The position numbers were made by a program, and so were the translations under genes. Shown here piece after piece: positions 58,498-64,000 of a stretch of DNA of 64,000 bases. The stretch's first letter is position 1; every line of letters starts with the position of its first letter. Location of the stretch: the NCBI RefSeq assembly GCF_035594765.1, contig NC_085846.1, forward strand, positions 14,805,190 to 14,869,189. Reading direction: 5' to 3'. The stretch comes from Anolis carolinensis. Lineage: Eukaryota. The notes under the pieces were generated by a model. It was not told the origin of the DNA. It worked only from the letters and a program-made list of their open reading frames with translations, and made no database searches.

Positions 58498-61213
58498 ATC
58501 TCTGCTACTACATTGTCCCTAGCCATCGGATAGTACAGCACATATGACGTATTTGAGGAAACCACTTCACATCACACCCATATAGTATCTAACTTTGCAC
58601 CATAGCCCACCAGATACCTATGGAAAACTCCTAAGTTTGGATGTGATAACCTATTGCAAGGCATTGCAAGAAAAGCAAGGTTCTCCTCCCTTCTCTCTTC
58701 TCCCTGTTAACTGAGTGCAAACACTTTTGCATTTAGTTTTCAGAAACTGAAATAAATTGGAAGACAAAGGGGGGCGGGGGGAGGGGGGAGTTGTAGGAAG
58801 CCTTCCCTAGGGAGGCCATCCTTGCTCTCCTGGAACTGGGACATTTTAAAATAAGATGAGAAAGTGGGATGGCAGAGGATTAACTAGAACTGTCCCTGAG
58901 AAACTATAATCATCAGAAGCTATGGATGACAGCCGATTGGAAACTGACATTTACCTTAATTTCTTATGTAAGAAGTCCAAAATGCCCAGAGGACCGAAGT
59001 TTGTCCATGTCTGAGCTATAAGGTTCTATTGTTATGTCTCAATGGGATTTTAGTGAATCCACTTTTAAAGGTTTTATAGCTCCCGGTTTTGAAATTACAT
59101 ATCCTGTTTGCTGTACCTTAAATTGTTGAATAATTATCAGATTATCATTTTATTTTATTTTTTAAAAAATCCTGTACATCAATCCATATTTCTTTCAGAA
59201 AAGCAGAATATTCAAAATATTTATTTCATGTATTTATATATTGCTTTTCGGGTAAACCTTAAGATGTTTACATAATAAAAATATTTAAAATAAGCATCAA
59301 AAGAAGTTATATAATGAAGTGGTAAAGAAAACTATGCAGGGGAGGAAAGTCCTTGAAAAGCCACACCATCCTTCCCCAAGAGCAAATGATTCTTGAATTG
59401 CCCTATAATGGCAGTCTGAGGAAGGTCAGGTGGTTATTCTCAATTCGGTATTAAATTTATATCTTGGTATTTTGGGCAAATAAGGAGGCTGTGCATGCAG
59501 GGAAGAACATACAAACTTGGTACAGTCCATAACTGCACGCACACATTCGTATACAACAAATTGTAGATACACTAAATATTAGGCCTGTCAAATGAACAGT
59601 CTCTTAGCTGCATGTATCACATCAGCAGGAGGATGCATAATAAAACCCTTCTTGGCTAGATCACTCTTGGTATGTTGTATGATCCTGGTGAGGCTTAGAA
59701 AGGATGTATGCTGCCCCAGACTGCATGAGAACAGTTTGCTATTACTATCCTAAGCTGCCTTGACATTTCTATTGTACAGAAATACTTTCATGTGGGCATA
59801 CATAGTGGGAGAGAAAATTCACACTTTCTGTTAATCACTTCCTTGCCAGATAGGGTTTTTTTTCCCATCATGATTCTCATCTCTCAAAAGTCCTATCAGA
59901 TCTATGTCTTTACCCACCTCAAGAAGCCAACCTATTGGGAGGTGATCTGGAACAGTTAAAGCAGGCATGGGCAAACCTTGGCCCTCCAGGTGTTTTGGAC
60001 TTCAACTTCCACAAATCCAACAACACCTGAGTTGTTTGCACATGCCTGAGTTAGAGCCACCCTCGATGATAGACATCAGAATTTTAAATGTTTGGTTTTC
60101 AACAGGATTGAGAATGAGAGATCAATGTGTTCCTTTCAATGGCTTCGGGAGCTACTAGGATGGATCAGATCTGAACATTCTCCAAGGCACTCAAGATATG
60201 CCCAGAAAAGGCCACAAGCAGAACATGAGTGGCCATCTCCCATGTGGTCCTGCATTTTCCCCACCTACTAAAGGGCAAGAGAGGAGCAAAACTGGCAGTT
60301 TGACTGGCAGTTGAGATCGGGACTTACTTTACACACAAAACACTGACTAAGTCCTTTTCACTCCCTTAGTACACCAGAAAGATAGAAAGGGAAAGAAGGA
60401 AGGTTCCTGTCTGAAGATGCGCCAGCTTTAGCTCCTGTGCGATGTGATCATGTCACCAGCGCCATCAGCCACAAGGGGGAAATGTGACCCCGAGCATCCA
60501 ATGCTATATCCCTGCTCAAAAACATGGATGCTCTCATTGAGTTTGCATGGTTTATACACAGAAATAATTCCATCCCCCCCTTCGAATTTCTTTTACCCAT
60601 CTTCAAATCCATCTACGCAAGCAGCTACTAGCACATCTCGTGGCCAATAATTATCTGAAAAGATGTTGCGTCAAGAACCATTTTTTTCTCTCCCACATAA
60701 TCAACCAAATTCAGAGAATAATGGCAAACTCATCACCTCTCTCTTCAGTTGATCCTTGGTTGTTGAACTACCAAATTCCCTCTTCAACATCCTTCCCGCA
60801 TCAACTCCAAAGCAGCAAATGCTCTAAACTCCTCTTCAAGGGAGGGAAATGCTCTCTCCCTTCCTGTTACCCTTCTCCACCTCTGACAACATTCTTTCTA
60901 AAAGCAGAATATTCTCAATAAGGTCCTGGCCACAGGGTTTAGATGCTGGCGCAACCATACATTAAGAGCCTTTCTTAGTGAAAAAAACAAAACAAAAAAA
61001 GGCATTTAATAGATTTTTCTGCTTTTATAATTTAAATAACTTAAAAGACTGAAAAGAGAAAACCCTGACAAATGTGAGACAGAGTTGGACTGCAATCTCA
61101 AAGTGGAAAAGGTGGGAGAGGAAAAAGAGGAGGAACTGAGAATGTACTGTGGAACCCCGATGCCCACTACCCGCCCCGTGTGCCAGACTCCCCGCTACCC
61201 CGCTCCTTGGCCC

Positions 61214-61504
61214 CTAAAGCCGCCGGAGGGCTCGTTTCTTGTCAGTCTTCTTCTTGGAAGCCAGTTTCTTGTCCCTGTCGCCTGCATGTTTCTTGGCCAT
61301 GGGGCCCTCCCCAGAGGCACCAGCCGAGGAGGAGCAAGGCTCAGCGGGGTCCTTGGTGCGCAGTCCAGACGAAGGCTGGGCATGGATCTCTGTCAGGAGG
61401 CGAGCCCGGGAAGCATATTCCTCATAGTTCTCCAGCAGGAGGCGGCCTGCTTCCTCGTTCAGTGCCGATTCCGGATTGGGGTGGATGAGCAAACACTTGA
61501 TGGT
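61214..61504 (-). CDS. UBE2S: Ubiquitin-conjugating enzyme E2 S, last coding exon
   Basis: [30 protein letters not shown]...[13 protein letters not shown]; acceptor CTCTTAG|ACC; ATTAAA on minus at 61005-61010. Confidence 0.97.
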   Translation of the reverse strand, partial: TIKCLLIHPNPESALNEEAGRLLLENYEEYASRARLLTEIHAQPSSGLRTKDPAEPCSSSAGASGEGPMAKKHAGDRDKKLASKKKTDKKRALRRL

Positions 61505-62257
61505 CTAAGAGCAGAAAGAATGAGATGAACACCGTTAAAATGGAGGGGAGAAACATCAGAGAGGACATTAGATGCAACAGGAAAACAACTCTGACCTCTC
61601 CCAATGGAGCCAAAGGTCAGTAGATGGCTACACTTTTTAAGATGAATGTGTGTTTTAGCAATTTTGTAACCTGCCTTGAGCCGAGAAGAGAGGCAGGAAA
61701 GAAATAAAAATTATTTAGATTAAATAGTAGGGCTAGTAGTACCTGTTACAACCTTAGATTACAGAAATGTAGGAAGGCTGCATCCATATAAAAGAGTCTA
61801 TATGCCAAAAATCACACTGATAACATAACACCCCAAAAGAAAATCTTGGTGTCTTGATTTTTAGACCCATTTCTGGGGTTATTTGGGGTGCGGATTCAGA
61901 AGATTGCATTGGATAGAGTACATTACCACTAGTTTCTTAGATATGGTTAGCATGGTATTCTATGGGTGAGCAGATGGCAACTGGTATGTTCTGTATCTCA
62001 AAAACTAGAACCAAGAGGGGAAAATCATACGCCATTTTTGGAATCAGCAAGTCAAATATACCCAGAAGTAGGTCTAACATTTCAGGTACCAAAATGTTTG
62101 TTGGCCAGTGTAATAATAAGCTTGGTGAGCAGGAAAAGGTGAAGGAAGCCAGCTTCCCACATTAGCAAGATTTCATGATGTGGCTGCTTTTCAAATAAGT
62201 AACCCTAAGCATGGTATATATACTCTGGGATGTTGCCCAGTTAAAACTACCACTCAC

Positions 62258-62448
62258 CAGCAGGACATGCCGGATGCCCAGTTCTGCTTTCCAATCCTTC
62301 TTGAGGACATTGACGCAGATCTCGCCATTGGCGCCAACATTGGGGTGGAAGATTTTGGTCAGAAAATAGCCTTTTGGGGGACTAGCTGGGAAGTCTTTGC
62401 CGAGAATCAACTTCATACGAAAGAGGCCACCGGAGTATGGGGTACCCT
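62258..62448 (-). CDS. UBE2S: UBE2S exon 3 (contains the catalytic Cys in [15 protein letters not shown])
   Basis: 191-nt exon, canonical splice sites. Confidence 0.97.
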
Positions 62449-63279
62449 CTGTGACAAGAAGAAGGGGAAGAATTATTGCTAGTAGGATCTTTTACTCCCT
62501 TGAACATCTCCTAACCGTCTAGACAAGCGGCAGACTGTAGGAAGTAAGGGGGGCTGCATTAGCCTCACCCTCCAAGATATCTTGGGCAGGGATTGCACCC
62601 ACCACCATATAAGCAATGGGGGAAAAGCTTAGTATTTTGCACAAGTGAAAGAAACAACTAGGTCAGGTAAGCCTTGCACAAGTCAATAAAAACATTTTGA
62701 CCCTACTAGGGAACATTAGAAAGCTTCTTTGAAAATTTAACCAGAGATGTGTATTTTTACAAGTTTCTATTTTAGTGGTCAACTCTATAAATCTATGCTT
62801 TTAAAACATGTTGGGGACAGCTTGTGGGGCAATTAATCTAATCCCATCCTTTCTTTATGTTTTGCTTTTCAAACATGCTCAACAAAATATTGTGGTGGTA
62901 GTTGCAGTTTCTCCTGCTTGCAATAGGAAGGCACAAATAGCTACCATACACTGAAATAGATTCCAATTCTTTCTCCCTTCAAGGTTTATTGCCTCGCTTA
63001 CTATGTACAATGAAATTCTGTGTTTCTCCAGCATTCCTTTACTTTCCTTCTAAAGCTAATGCTACTAAATAATTGCCAGCTAGACAGAAGTAAGGAAGAA
63101 ATAAGACTGGGCAGGTATAAAAAGGTGTTTTGTTAACCAAGGCATACCAATAATGCCACTGGTTTTCATTTTCACACTAACCCCACATTCAAAACTGCTC
63201 CTCCTGAGCTACATATTGGATATTGCAGTCGCAACACCTCTAGCATGTATGGCAAGTGTTCCCCCTTTCCCCTTCTCAC

Positions 63280-63427
63280 CTGGTCCTTCAATGGTGACTT
63301 GGACATCTGTGATGTCCTCCTCATTGGGGAAGACCTTGATGCCCTCAGGTGGGTCTGAGGTGAGAGTGGAAACTTCTTTGTAAACCAGCCGGATCACATG
63401 GGGAGGCAAGTTTTCTACATTGGAATT
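63280..63427 (-). CDS. UBE2S: UBE2S exon 2 ([19 protein letters not shown]...VTIEGP); the ATG-bearing exon 1 probably lies beyond the window
   Basis: 148-nt exon, CTCCAG|AAT and CCAG|GTGAG. Confidence 0.96.
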
Positions 63428-64000
63428 CTGGAGGAGGGGAGGAAGAGGGAGACGGTGAAACTAAGCTGAAACAACATCTGCCTACAGCTACAAAGCATCT
63501 ATGATAGCTTTTTCTGAAGGGGAAGACTGAGAAAGAATTTACACACAAAATTTATTAGCAAAAAGCATTGAATTATTCTGCATCCCTATTTACTTTGGGG
63601 AGAGAACGAAAATGAGAACATACACAGAAAAAAATGGCCTTATGCAGTACTAGCCTCAATTTCAAAGTCCTTCCTCAAATAACCAGATCCTGTTGTGCAA
63701 AAAGGAAATGGGATAAGAGAATAGACAGTGCAGAAAGACGGCAGGGAAGAGGATGGCCCAATACCAGCAACTTTTAACAGATTGCCCTTGTAGAAATGTC
63801 CTTGAGAGAGAGAAAAGATCCCTCACCTCTAGCACAGAAGGTGCTGTTTTGCTTTAAATGAGACCTTGCCTTGGAACATGCACAACCGCTCAAGCTGGGT
63901 CCTTCTATCAACTCCCCAGTTCGAGTCCCATTTCCTAGTCTTGATCCAGCCAAGTTAGCACCTCTTTAATCAGCTACTCATTTCCCAAAATAAATCATAA

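Noticed and set aside
60930-61530. Plus-strand ORFs overlapping the last UBE2S exon; likewise antisense ORFs over TMEM100-like and visinin exon 1
   Set aside because: Shadow ORFs of GC-rich coding exons.
1-64000. CRISPR arrays, tRNA or rRNA genes
   Set aside because: This is eukaryotic DNA with no repeat-spacer array. The tRNA-like A/B boxes all belong to SINE heads.

Overview
Vertebrate genomic DNA, almost certainly from a squamate lizard (Anolis-like), judged from Sauria-type SINEs, CR1 LINEs with (ATTCTATG)n tails, Penelope-like elements and many hAT/mariner/Harbinger MITEs. I reconstructed five spliced genes by hand: (1) an unrecognised two-exon minus-strand gene (8571-8397 + 6013-5838) for a 116-aa signal peptide / leucine zipper / His-rich linker / C-terminal membrane-or-GPI-anchor protein; (2) complete RPL28 (+); (3) a divergent TMEM100-family paralogue (-); (4) complete visinin, the cone recoverin paralogue (+); (5) UBE2S coding exons 2-4 (-). 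Other highlights: a young 3.8-kb inverted Penelope insertion (RT + GIY-YIG, 14-bp TSD) and a 230-bp copy with the same breakpoints; seven Penelope minimal hammerhead ribozyme motifs (three intact); candidate convergent CTCF sites bracketing the TMEM100-like/visinin interval; and clustered CRX-type motifs around visinin. Family assignments come from recalled sequences, not database searches. Repeat boundaries are approximate unless TSDs are given.
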